NCBI GenBank assembly: GCA_010356995.1
Contig: ML996689.1
Span: forward strand, 390,691 to 454,690
DNA length: 64,000 bases
Source: Trichodelitschia bisporula
Taxonomy: Eukaryota
Reading direction: 5' to 3'
Position 1 is the stretch's first letter. Every line of letters starts with the position of its first letter. A program made the position numbers and the translations under genes. This document shows positions 1 to 11,817 of the stretch, one piece after another. The notes below the pieces were generated by a model that made no database searches, was not told the DNA's origin, and saw only the letters and a list, made by a program, of their open reading frames with translations.

Positions 1-2944
1 AATGCGAATGGCCCTCGAGCGTATGCAGCAAAGCATCCCAGTTGTCCCTAACCTGCGGTAGTCCGGGCATCCGCAGAGGCATTTGGCTTTGAAACCACCT
101 TTTTACAAGGCTTGCTGTCGGGGAAAATACCAGCGCGCTGCAATATGTCTGCAAGGGAGCTAGTTCGATGGCTAACCGGTTGTAGAGGACAAATCGTTTC
201 ATGTCATGAACAAACTCCGATAGTCGGGGACACCTCTGCGCCTAAGCTAAGTATCAGCCAAGTATCCCCACTCTTCTTTAAGTCCAGCTTACCGATATCA
301 TGGACTCCAAAGACATGATGGCATGAACCCCTTCAGAAACCTTCTGCATCCATCCAAGCGCCTCAAGCCAATGAAGGAGATGCTCCTTCAGGAACTGATG
401 GACTTCACCGTCATCGTTGAGCTGAGATTTACCCTTATGAAGATGCTGTATCCAATAGAGGCATGCATACTGCTTCTCAGGATGGAGAGAGCCCTCAACC
501 TCATGACTGTCGACCTCGGTCTTGAGTACTCCAGGCCGACCTATTCCAAGCATGTCCTGCGTAAGGAAGTCAGACATGACCTGTATGCATTTCGTGGCAA
601 GGGCTTGATGCGCCTCCTCTTCATCACTCCAGATACCTGTTTTCCCGCTTCTTCCCGGATTGAGGAGGAAGTCACGAAATGAAGGGTGATGCAAACGTAG
701 TGCGTCACCTGGTTCCTTTGGAATGTCCAAAATGGCGTGAAGATCATCCAGTGCCCGACCCATATTCTGGCCGAGTAGCTTGCTCAAGGACCGGATGGAA
801 AGTGGGTCAAACAGGATCACGATGCTTCCAAGCAGTTCCTTCAATATGGATCGCAGCTTTTCTGCATCATCGTCTTCATAGTCGGTAAAGGATTGGCGAA
901 GAACAGTCGCGTAGATCTCGTCGAGATGCTTCTCTGGCGCTTTCACAGTACTATGGCTTTGGTCGAGGATCAAGCTTAGTCTCTCGGGAGCCAATGCTTT
1001 TCCTTGTCGAACAAAGCGGCATGCGGTTTCAGCCCAGATGAACAGGCCACTGGCATTCCGGACAAGAAAGTCGATGATTTGCTCACCTGGCCAATCTTTC
1101 CCAAAAGAGCGTCCCTGGGCTAGACCTTCGAACTCGTGCCGTAGGAAGAAGCGGATATCGTTGTCAACAGTCGACTTCTCGATGCTGTGGAGCAAAAAGT
1201 CCAAGTGCTCGCTTGTTGGCATTCCGGACAAAGGAGACCGGATTGGCACTTCAGGTCTGCTCGTTAAAAACAGCCGGAGCCGGGTTTTCTTCAGCAAATG
1301 AAAGAGATTCAGAATCTCCCCTATATCGTCCTCGCCCTCGCATTCGTCCAGGGCATCGACCACCAGGATATACGGAGTAGAGGAGGCGTCGCCTTCGAGC
1401 TTCGACATGGGACCGAGGATGAGATGATGCCACTGACTGCAGATAGGCTCTTCAGTGATGGTATCTCGCTCCTTCAGAGCCCTGTAGAGAGATCGCTTTG
1501 CCCCCGGCACATTGTCTGCAAGTTGCGCTGCGATGCTTGTCACGAGCTTGCCGGCATGCCGGACATCTGCGCCATTTCGCGAGAAGAAGAAGCTGGCTCC
1601 AAGTCTTCCTTTCTCAAAACATCCAGTGGCCACGGTTTGAGCCACGGTGGACTTGCCGGTGCCAGCTAAACCACTCAACCAGAAAATATTTGGCGAGTTG
1701 TCCCCGTAAGCCCAGGTGTAGATCTCTTTGAGAAGTTCAACACGGGTACCAATCAGGCAAGGCGAATTTCTCCGCTCGCATGGGTTGGATGGTGTGCCTG
1801 CAGCCCTAGGCAAGTTTAGGGGCATTGCCGGCGCGGATGGATATTCTGGCATCTCGACTTTGGCCGGCGGAACCAACAATAGAAGCTCTTTAGCGTACGC
1901 TGCCGCCGTCCCCGCCGCGTACGGCTGCCAGCTCTTGTTCTTATGCGAGTCAGAGTAGTCGCATATTCCCCGCACAACAAGGCACGGAAAACTGTTCATG
2001 AGCCCCGCCGCCTCCATCTCAAAGCAGAGTACGCCTCCAAGCTTCGTGCTGACTTTGTCTCGTTCCTTGGCATCGCGCATGACTTGGTTCCCGGAGGCTA
2101 TGGTTCCGTAATGGACAACAACATCCTCGCCGCGCGGCTGCCGCCGTACCACGTACTCTTTCCGGCACTTCTGGCAGTCGTCAGGTCCTCCCTCATGATT
2201 GTAGGTATCGTGGTATAAATCATCTGGCCCGGCTTTGTCCCGTGCAAATCTTGGGTACTGGGCGAGCTTCAAAAGAGAGTGTAAGAACCCGACTCTCTCT
2301 CGGAGGTTATTGGCCTTTAGGCTTGCCATCGCCTTCAGGAAGACCTGCGGGGGAGAATTGAGGGATCCAGTCCGTTCAAACTTGTCTGATGTCGTCTTGC
2401 CGAAGTCGTACTGCACTACTCCGCCGTGATCCTTGAACGGATGACTGACGACGACATCCCCAAGCCGTACATCAGCTGTACTCGGCACACCACCTCCGAT
2501 GCCCACCATCAGGCCGAGCCGGACAGAGTTGAATGTCAACTGCATCTGGGCAGCAACCGAGGCTGCCGCATTGGTTCCCATTTGGCCTACGGGTAGGCAA
2601 GCAATCACGACATTGTGTCCACCGAGGCGGCCAAGCACATAGACGTTGGAATCAGCCGCATTCTGTGGGAGACTCTGATGTTCCTCATCTAGCATCTCTT
2701 GAGCTGCCGCAAGTTCCATCGGGAGAGCGCATATCCATCCTATTGTGTATTCTTCATGACGAAGTCTGCGGGTTGGTCCACTGTTGGTGGCTCTCTGAGG
2801 GGCAAGTGGTAAAGATGATGTCTGGCCGACACTGCTAGTGGAGGCAGGCGTGGTGGTCTCGCCAGCAACAGGGGAGGAAGGTGGTGAAAGGCCGGAAGAG
2901 GCACAGAAGTGGCCCCGTGTCTGGACCCGCTTTGCAGGTGGCAT
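1..2944 (-). CDS. Fungal NLR (PNP_UDP nucleoside phosphorylase - NACHT - WD40), 3' end runs off the window
   Basis: PNP_UDP motifs YTIGWICALPMELAAA, LMVGIGGGVP, CFEMEAAGLMN and RGICDYSDSHKNK. NACHT Walker A GLAGTGKST and Walker B ILVVDALDEC. An intron at 242-292 (GTAAGC...TAG) joins in frame to ...PLQTYCSALVFSP...WDALLHTLEGHS, the typical entry into WD40 repeats. Likely ATG at 2944 (MPPAKR). Confidence 0.9.
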
Positions 2945-4552
2945 TTTGGAAATAATGATTCTAGTCAAGAAATTGCGGACTTGTGAAAATGCAGGAGTGC
3001 AACTCGAGGTTGAAGGCGAGGCTTTGGGGCTTCCAGCTGAGATCACCTGCGGGGCAGAATGCCAAGAATGAGGCTGTGAGCTGTCGGGCGCGGAGGGGAG
3101 GACGAGATTGGAGGAGACACAGCCACATGCCACAGGGCATCAAGTTCTCCTTCCAACTGATCAGTTCATAGACGAAGACTTCGCTGGAGGAGATACCCGG
3201 TTGTTCATCCATGTGCACCGCCTACGCTGCTTGCGTCGTCTATGCCCGCGTCGTAGGTGCTGTACGAGATATCGAGACTGACCAGGGCTCAAGCATAAAC
3301 GGGCTCGGGAGGATGCCGGAGTGGCGGTCATGGTTTTGGGCGGGAGTTTGGCAGCGTAGTGAGGGACAGACGGGGCATACAGTTCGCGACCCTCGTACCT
3401 CCCTACTTCCACTTCTCGTCTAGGCGCCCGCAGAACGCGCACACACACACGTCCTAACCCTGACCCACAGCACTGGCTCCCCCTCGGAAGCCAGCCTAAT
3501 CACCGACGCCACCTCCTTGCTGACCAGTACGCTGCCCTCCCCCCCGAGACGGCTCCTCCCGCGCACGCCGTACGAAATTCGCGCTCCCAATACCTGGCGC
3601 CGCGAACGTGTGCTGCTCGTGCGGCACATTACGGTCGCTAATCAACTTCAGGCCCAGCAACGAGCCCTCGTACGCCCCCGTCCTCATCCGCCAGCGCACC
3701 CGACACGCCCGCCTCAATGCCCCACGCGAGCCAAGTAGACGGTCTGTGCTCGGGCAGCGTGGCTGCTAGGGCGAGATCAGGCGAAAAGGTAGGCGAGGCA
3801 AAGGGTAAAGCGAGATGAAGAAGTGGGCAAGACGAAGAGGCGGGCGAGACGAAGGGGTAGGCGAGACGAAAAAGCGGCATGCGGGAGGACGTATTGAGGC
3901 GGCAGCGATGGAGAGACCCAAGAGGGGCACGAGGCGGAAGCTAGACAAAGTAGCGGAAGGCTGATTCTCGATGCGCGGTAAGCCGCTTTTTTGATTTTCT
4001 AATTCATATAATTCGTCCGCTGGAATTTGCTAGCCATCAACAGGCATACTGAACACTCTAAGAGCCCGACTTCTTGGAAGCCTGCATTGGGGAAATCTAA
4101 CGCTAGAAACGCCGTTACAAACCGCCGGATTTGGCGGCTATTTTCCCGGGACACAGGTATATGTCTGTGACCTATGGCCGTATGTGCTTGCTTGGGGATG
4201 ACATCGAAATAAGACTCTAAAAAATTGCAGCCTCACCTTTTCATAATCGGCCCGAATTCCAGGCTGCCATGACACCCCGCAGCCGTATGCAACAGTGCAG
4301 CAAGGCAATTGCACCTGACTGGTAGCGAGATAAAAACGAGGCCGCCCCAGGTCTGCAGGCGGCAGCGAGTTTATCCATTAGGACACTGGGAACTACCTTC
4401 CCCGCATTCGAGGCGCTGGACACGAGGCAGAACCGTATCTTGCGCGGCGCATATATACCTACTTATGCTCTCAGCAGCAGCTTATCAGTACACTCTCTGC
4501 ATCTCCACGGGCTCTTCAAATCTCTTCCTGCCCAGCCTCCCGGCTCCGCATC

Positions 4553-6315
4553 ATGGCAAGCACGTCTTGGACATGGGACGAAAGCTACGGGCAGCACAGG
4601 ATGTGGGCCCATCAGGAGCAGCGCTGGGTTTTGGCGGACGGGACGCGCCTGCCTCGGGCCCCGTTGCGCGGCAATGGTTCGCAGAGCGTGGTAGCTTCGA
4701 CGTCAAGGAAGCCGTACACGGAGGTGGCTTCGACGTCAAGAGAGCCGTACACGCAGGTGGCTTCGACGTCGAGAGTGCCGTATACGCCGGTGGACACGCA
4801 GAGGCAAGATATCTCGGATGCTGTGCTAGCCACGGATCAACCTTCGGACGACTTTGGTACAACTGCCTTTCAACCCCCGCAGCATACTTATTCGGCTTCT
4901 CCCTATGCTTCAACGTCGGAAGTGCCGTACACCCCGGCAGACACACAGGGGCAAGCTATCTCGACTGCTGCGTTAGCCTCGGATCAACCTTCATACGACT
5001 TTGGTGCAACTGCTTCTCAAACCCCACAGCATGGTTATGCGGCCTCACCCTATGCTCAAGCGGCTGTCCAAAGTTCTGGGCCTGGAACCTCGCAGCGTGT
5101 AATGACTCCGGAACAGGAAGCCGAGTGGGCAACGCGCGCATCGAGCTCCGTGAACCCGAAAGTCGCGGTCATCACCAAGGACCCGGGCGCAGAGTACATG
5201 TACGTGTAGCGCTTACCCCGCACATCTTCTCCTGGAAGGCTAATCACTCTTGTGTTCGTTTCAGGGTGTATGCCATCCACGGGCTCCAGAGCAACACCCG
5301 GACGTGGGGCGGCTATAAGAAGGGAAAGCCAAATGGCAGTCTGCGATGGCTGGATCACCTGTCGGAGTGGCTCAAGGGGCACGGCGGCGCAGCTGTGGAC
5401 GTCAGCCTTGTGGGCTGGAACACGCAGGCGCAGTCGACGGCGAACATTGCCTCGGACGTGCGCTCCGCGGTCAGATCGCTGGCCAACACCATCGTTGGCC
5501 TGCGGGGTGAAACACCTGTACGAGTGCATGTCCGGCATACATATATCCATGGGTTCATACGCTGACTTTTGTGTCTTGCGGATAGGATTCCATCGCGCTC
5601 AACGAAAGGCACGGCGTGCAGCGCCAGCCGCAAAAAGTCATCATCATCGGCCACAGCATGGGCGGCATCCTAGCGCGAGCGGTCAGTCAACCCTAACCAC
5701 ATGCTGCCCTTGTGAAGATATACTCATCAGCGTGCTCTGGCAGCTCCTCGGCTTCATGCACGCTGAAGTTCAGGCAAACCCGCACTACACGCCCTTCCTG
5801 CGCTCCGTGGCCGGCGTGATTCTGCTCGCCTCCCCGTCACAAGGCTCTGCGCTGGCCAATGTGGCAACGCCCATGGTACAGGGAGCTTCGCGTATCAGCG
5901 GCGGAATGTCCGTTTTGTTCAACCCGGCGCACCTCCAGGCGCTGAAGCCGTCGGCGCAGGAGCTGGAGAGCGTTACCGGCGAGTTTGACGCGTACTGCGC
6001 GTGGTACTCTGGCTTGCACTATGCGGCGCTCAAACTAGCCGCTCTGAGGGAAACGCGGAAGACGAGCGGGTTCCGGGTATGTGCTCGCGCGCCAGCAGTC
6101 ACTGGTTAGGCGAATATCGAAGGCAGGTACTGACGAAGTTGCAGGTCGTTGATGCGGCGTCGGGAGACATCCCAGAGACGACAAAGCTGGTGACGAATTG
6201 GCAGGTTCAGGACTTGGAAGGACTGAATCATGTCGAGGTTACCAAGTTTAGTAGCATGGATGACCCGCGCCTGCGCAAGATTTTGGACCAGTTTCTGAGG
6301 ATGCAAAGGGCTTAG
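4553..6315 (+). CDS. SesB-like alpha/beta hydrolase with a repeat-rich N-terminal extension (5 exons)
   Basis: Spliced by eye (first intron 5200-5264; others near 5518-5586, 5682-5743, 6077-6144). Gives VYAIHGLQSN, the nucleophile elbow IIIGHSMGGILARA, VAGVILLASPSQGS and C-terminal LNHVEVTKFSS, all typical of fungal SesB/DUF676-type hydrolases. Confidence 0.75.
4694..5053 (+). repeat. Coding tandem repeats in the hydrolase N-terminus: 33-bp units (ASTSRxPYTxV) and a 147-bp duplication
   Basis: gcttcgacgtc units start at 4694, 4727 and 4760. A 49-aa block repeats at 4760 and 4907. Confidence 0.85.
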
Positions 6316-6879
6316 GGGTGGGCGGGTGGAGTGCGGGCCACCCGACGGTGTTTACCGACGACAAGTCGAGCGGTCATGATATCTCCTCGAAGCCGAAGCC
6401 TGGTATGGTCAATATTCTGGTGGCTTGTGTGGTTAATATATCGCTCGTTAACTCCATCTCGGACGGGTGTATACTTTAGGGCTGACTGCATGCCGATATC
6501 CATATCGTGACCAAGATTCTGGAGCGTCCAGTCCACATACCGTTGGTGACCAACCGTGGATATTCGGACTGCACTTGCGTATTCACGCAGTGGATAACCC
6601 CGACTGGCCTGAATTGCGCAAATTGGCGAAAGTAAACGAGGCCAGCCGCTCGCAGATAGTTAGGGATGCATATCCTGGAGAAGACAGTGCCAAACTTCAG
6701 AAAATGTATGTGCTGAACTCCTAGGTATGACACGATACTAGTCATGATGAGACAGTACGTATAAGAGATTAATTGAAACAGATGACATCTATTGATCAAG
6801 AACTCCGTACTCCCTGAATTCCCTCTCTAAGCTGAGGAACAAACACCAATGATGCGCTTGAACGTTGTGGGTATCGCAA

Positions 6880-7909
6880 TCATCTCATCTCAACCGACTC
6901 CGCCGGCCCCTTCAAATCCGTAGCGGACTCGCTGTCAGCATCCACCTTGGTCCTCCCCGTCATAGCGCCCTGGAAGCACTTTCCGGGATGGAATACGTTC
7001 AGCGCAATAGCAGCAAGGGAGCACATCCTGTCTAAGATCAGTTGGGGCCCCGAGTGTCACAGAGTAAGAAAACTCACAGCGAATCCAAAATCGTAAATGC
7101 CGTCTCGTTCCGCATAATCGGATTCCCCCAGCCGCCCGACATCTCGGCCACGCGGTACACGCACCGGATGAAGATGGTGACATACGCGACAGCCACTGCG
7201 CCCAAGAAGCACCGGAAGCGCCTACTAGCCCTCAACTTTGCCGTCGCCTCGTTCAGGGTGCCCTTGTGGCCGCGCACGCGCCAGAAGTACTCGCCGGCCA
7301 GGATGCCAAAGATCAGCAGGGTAAAGACCTGGAAGGCGAGACCCGCAATCATGAGGTTGTTGCCGATGTCAAGCATCTCTTTATCGCCATCATGCGCGGT
7401 CGCGGCCACAGCACCGCCGCCGCCCTGGAGCAGGATGGAGAAGATGTCGCAGGCGATGAAGATATAGGTGTACCAGTTGGGCTTGATGCGCGAGAAAGAT
7501 GTCCCGAAGGTTATGACGATGTGCTTGAGGGTCAGGTAGATGCCTGCTGCGAGAGCGGCGGGCGACAAGGTGAGGAGCACGATTTGCAGCTTGAAGCCCG
7601 GGTCCGAAAAGGGGTTGAAGTAGAGCATGATGCGACCGCCCTCGCCTGGGAGCCGTTAGGATGAGAAAGGGCGAGAGGAATGAAATTCATACCGACAGCC
7701 TCGCCGACGGTGCCCAAGACCATGGCGATGCAGAAGGTCCATGTTCGGTACCGAATGCCTTGGATCAAATGAACAATGGCCGTTATAGCAAAAATCGCGA
7801 TGAAGGCCGAGTTGGACGCCAGGCTCGGGAGGTAATGGTAGATGGAATCATCGATGGAGCATGTTGCCTTGGTGCAATGATCGTTGTTGCCGCGCTTCAG
7901 GAGGTCCAT
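6880..7909 (-). CDS. RTA1/Rsb1-family 7-TM protein (3 exons)
   Basis: Motifs YHYLPSLASN, IACDIFSILLQGGGG, GLAFQV and IRCVYRVAEMSGGW. The last exon gives ALNVFHPG, with stop at 6880-6882. Confidence 0.9.
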
Positions 7910-9729
7910 TTCAGGAGCGATTGCGCAACGTCGGATCTATCGGACTTCAATTAAAGGAGTAAGAGATGAACGATATGACTGATTAACTTCGAATGAATTG
8001 ATAATCTTCTAGATCGAAGGGAATGCGTCAGCTTTAATCCCTCGCCAGATCTGCTGCATGAGATCTGAGCCTTCACGAATCTCAGCCATAAAACAGCCTA
8101 GCTCGCAAATTGAGCCTGAGCAGACAACAAGCGAGCACCAGCAGCCGTGAACGCGCGTATCAGAGGCTGGGTACTTCGTGTACATCCCCCTTCACAGCCC
8201 CCCCAAGCGCGCTGTCCAATTCCATTATCGACAGCTAAGCACTCGTATTGTGACCGCCAGCGCCACAAGGCAACAGCATTCTTCGCTTGGCGCCGCACAC
8301 CGTCAGATTTCTGCTGTGGGTCGGGGAGATTGTTCGAATTCATCCGACTCGTACTGTGAAGCTTTATCTAGTTTCACCTATCCCTGAATCAGCTCTGCAA
8401 CCTTTACTCGCAGTCGGAACCGCATATGGGGGTCACAATACTGATACCGAGAACATCGTGAATTCCGATCCGAACCCTCATCCCGTTCAGAGATCCGACC
8501 CGAAGCGAACGCACAAGGCTGAAGGATGCAAATCACCCTTTACCGCGAGTAGGGCCACAACCTCAAACCGAATCCCCGGCAACAAAAGTCCAAGCCCAAA
8601 AGGCGCACCCCAAACATTTCAAGACGCTTGAAAGAAGCTTCGCCTCGGTCCTTCCCCTTCCTAAGCCCCCGGTCCAAGCAGCCTTACGCGTCACGCATCT
8701 GGACAAGGGTAACCCTGCCAGCAACCGCAGCCAACCGGCGCCGCGCAAGCCCCCGGCGCCCATCAAGCCCACGACCCGATTGGCCGGGCCGCCCACGACA
8801 CCGGCACGACCGGTCAGCAAAGCTACTCCCGACGTCGCAGCTACAATCGAACTCACTCTTCAGTGGATCCGGAGCTCTCAACGCAACTGCATCATTATCA
8901 CGAAGCGCAACGTGCGCGTCCCTATCAGTTACCATGCTCAAGTTCCCGTATCTGCGCGTCTGGGGTATACGGTAAGGGAAGGAAGCTCCCCCAGCTCCAC
9001 TTCTCGACGGTAATATCAATGGCGCTCACCCAACGCGCGCGCCCCGATTCACGCTGCGCCCCCGCCGACGAATCGCGGGGCAGGTTTGGCACGTGGGAAT
9101 TCTAGGCCGCGGACTGCAGTGCTTGAATACCGTAAAAAGTATGGATGCGATGACATCATGGTCCACTAATTTGAATAACTTTATCTTGACCACCACTTGG
9201 CTTTTGCCGAACCTCTTACGTCCAAGGACTAGTCTAGAAAGTGATATCGGTCCCCTCCCTCGTCTTTTGCTGAAGGGGGACGACATCACATGTTCCACTA
9301 GCCCTTAGACAGCGTAGACACCCAGCGTGGGCAACAAGGACATAGCAAGGCGACTTTGGACGGAAACCGCCGGACAAAGACCTCCGAAAGGGCGACAAGG
9401 CTGAAGAAGGCTGGAAGGGCCACAGATAGAGCGGCCCAGTGCCCGGTAGCAGTCGCGGGTCGTGGGTCCGGTCCTTCCCGCCGACCAATGCCCGGTGCAC
9501 CGGGATGTTTGTTTGCATTTAGGTAGCCCGGCTGGATACTCGGTACCCTCTCCACCCCCCCGCTTTAACTCCTATCACACCACCACGTTTTTCTTCTCTT
9601 ACCATTGAGGGGGAGGAGTAAAGCATGAGGCCGGAGCGCGGGGGGCAGATCCCCCGCAGGTCTAGAAGCTATTTCGGGCGCAAACCCTCCTGCAGGTCTA
9701 GAAGCCATGGTATAGCTATTACGTTGTTA

Positions 9730-9902
9730 CGGTCTCAGGCCTAACACATGCTAAGGGTCCAAGGGCCCACCCGAAAAAAGTGATTGCCTGACCCCCTGCG
9801 GCTTTTGGTGAGGCATACGGCCAGTGAACCGGGGGGCGGGGCTCATCACTTTTCCAGGCCGGGTAGACTCTTTGAACCTAGCATGTGTTAGGTCTGAGAC
9901 CG
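9730..9902. mobile_element. MITE-like non-autonomous Tc1/mariner-type element
   Basis: 24-bp terminal inverted repeats with 1 mismatch (cggtctcaggcctaacacatgcta / tagcatgtgttaggtctgagaccg), flanked by TA at 9728-9729 and 9903-9904. Length 173 bp, no transposase. Confidence 0.75.
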
Positions 9903-10485
9903 TAGTATAGCGGGCTTGCGAACCTCCGAGACATCTGTCACTTCTTTGGATATGACATCGACTCCGGGACGGCTGCATCGGTGCTAAGTCCCCTGATAAT
10001 AGCACCAACAACGCTGAGTGGGCAGATTCAACTGCCGCGCATCCACGCCACATGATGCCTACATCTGGTTAGCCCATGTTACTACGTATACCGTTCAGAA
10101 AATGTTTCCGAGCAACCGCAATATGCTTCCCACTGTTTGATTCCCCCGCTTTCCGTTCAATAGGCATCGTTCCACGTTGTTCGGCGTTTTGGCGTACCGA
10201 ACTGGTGAATATTTGGCGCTGCTGACGACACCAGTCCCTTCGGACTAAGTGTAGATGAATGCCGCTGTTGTCTCGATGTGGGAGGCGAAATACTAGTTCG
10301 GTGCTGCTAGTGCTTTTATGTTTCTTCGGACCAATGAAAGAGAAGATTCTACGTGTTCTTCCCAATCATGGAGGAGATCCCGTTCACTACTATCATTAGC
10401 TGCATACGCAATCGTGCCCTGTGCCAAACTCTGGTAAGTGCACAGGTCGAAGCCATCCTCTATATATGGCCAGATTCCAGCTCCG

Positions 10486-10798
10486 AATTATCTGGTCAGG
10501 TTCGTGAGCATCTTGCGAATTGGCGAAGACTACATAAAATTATCTGGTCGAGTTCGTCAGCCTCTCGCAAATCGGGTGAAGACTACATACAATTATCTGC
10601 TCAAGTTCGTCAGCTTCTGGCGAATTGGCGAAGACTACATGAAATTATCTGTTCAAGCTCGTCAGCCTCTCGTGAATCGGTAAAGACTACGTACAATTAT
10701 CTGGGCATGTTCGTAAGCCTCTTGCGAATTGGCGAAGACAACATACAATTATCTGGTCAAGTTCGTCAGTCTCTTGCGACTCGGTGAAGATTACATAC
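10486..10798. repeat. Minisatellite, 6 copies of about 52 bp
   Basis: Approximate consensus aattatctggtcaagttcgtcagcctcttgcgaattggcgaagactacatac. The period is not a multiple of 3. Confidence 0.9.
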
Positions 10799-11368
10799 GC
10801 TTCTCCCATACGGATGACTCGAGCCCGGGATGACAGTCTCCGGCAAGCACTGCATTCATAAGGAGTGTCGCGAATGCACGGGGTCTCGTTCTTTCCGAAA
10901 GTCAACTGCAGCCGGATTTAAAGCCTTGTACGCAAGACCGCCGAACTAATGTCCCTATCAGCTCACAATCGTCGTTCGTTTTCATTAAAGCGTATTTACA
11001 AAGCCCAAGATGCCCGTGGCGCGATAAACCCGTGCTCTAACCGTCTATAGATGATTTGTAACGCAATCAAAGAGAAACGAAAAGAAAACAGCCCCATTGC
11101 AAACTCCACCTAATGCCCCGTTCCTTTCTACCGTCTAATGCGAATGAGAAGTTACACAATTCTGACTTTTGGTGATGAAAGTTTCACTCCCTCCGATTGC
11201 CGAGATATCGCCCCCACGGAAGCCTAGGTACCTAACGCCGACCGACTATTGGTAAATGCATATGAAAAAGGCAGATGGGTTTGCGGGAACAGAAATGGTT
11301 ATGATCCCAAGTACAGCACATGGTCAGAGACATTGCTGACCGTCGCTTCCAGGTCCTGTCAACTAATG

Positions 11369-11472
11369 CCGGACGTGACGTATTGGGACTCGAAGCGATC
11401 GAGACCAACTTGAAGTGATGCCGCAAGTGACGTGTTGAAACTCGAAGCGATCGGAACTAGCTTGAAGTGATG
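11369..11472. repeat. Two-copy 52-bp direct repeat downstream of the C2H2 TF
   Basis: Both copies share gtgacgt...actcgaagcgatc...cttgaagtgatg (11369-11420 and 11421-11472). Confidence 0.75.
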
Positions 11473-11817
11473 GGGAACAACACGGAAGAGTATTGCGCAA
11501 GTATGAAGCCCCGAAAAGCCAGCAAAGCGGATGTGGACAGGAGTGGGGAATGAGTCGATTTGCCTCTCGCTGGATATGTCATACCACGCTACCAGGGAAT
11601 CGCCCAGCACGGTTGTCGGATAGTCCGGTGGCAGACTGCAGGCTTTGAGGGACCAGGTGGAAGAGACCAAGGGTTATGCGAAATGGTCGTGTCACCTCCC
11701 GAAAAAGTGGCCGTTTCTCGCCAAGAGACAGAGACTATGACTATCAGGGGAGGTGACACCAGTTTTCCGCATAGCCGTTGAACCCTCGACAGGTGTGCTA
11801 ATCCAAGCTCAGGAATC

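Noticed and set aside
90..110. Suspected frameshift in the NLR exon before the WD40 repeats
   Set aside because: Recounting the T run (five) shows the frame continues correctly into WDALLHTLEGH.
3211..3738. Short ORFs between the NLR and the hydrolase as a possible small third component
   Set aside because: No recognisable motif (no HeLo, SesA or amyloid motif) and no consistent splice model.
4309..5565. 418-aa ORF as a single gene
   Set aside because: Only its 3' part is the hydrolase exon 2. The 5' part is an alternative frame over exon 1 and an intron.
10353..10787. 144-aa ORF with repeated LANWRRLH segments
   Set aside because: A by-product of the 52-bp minisatellite, whose period is not a multiple of three.
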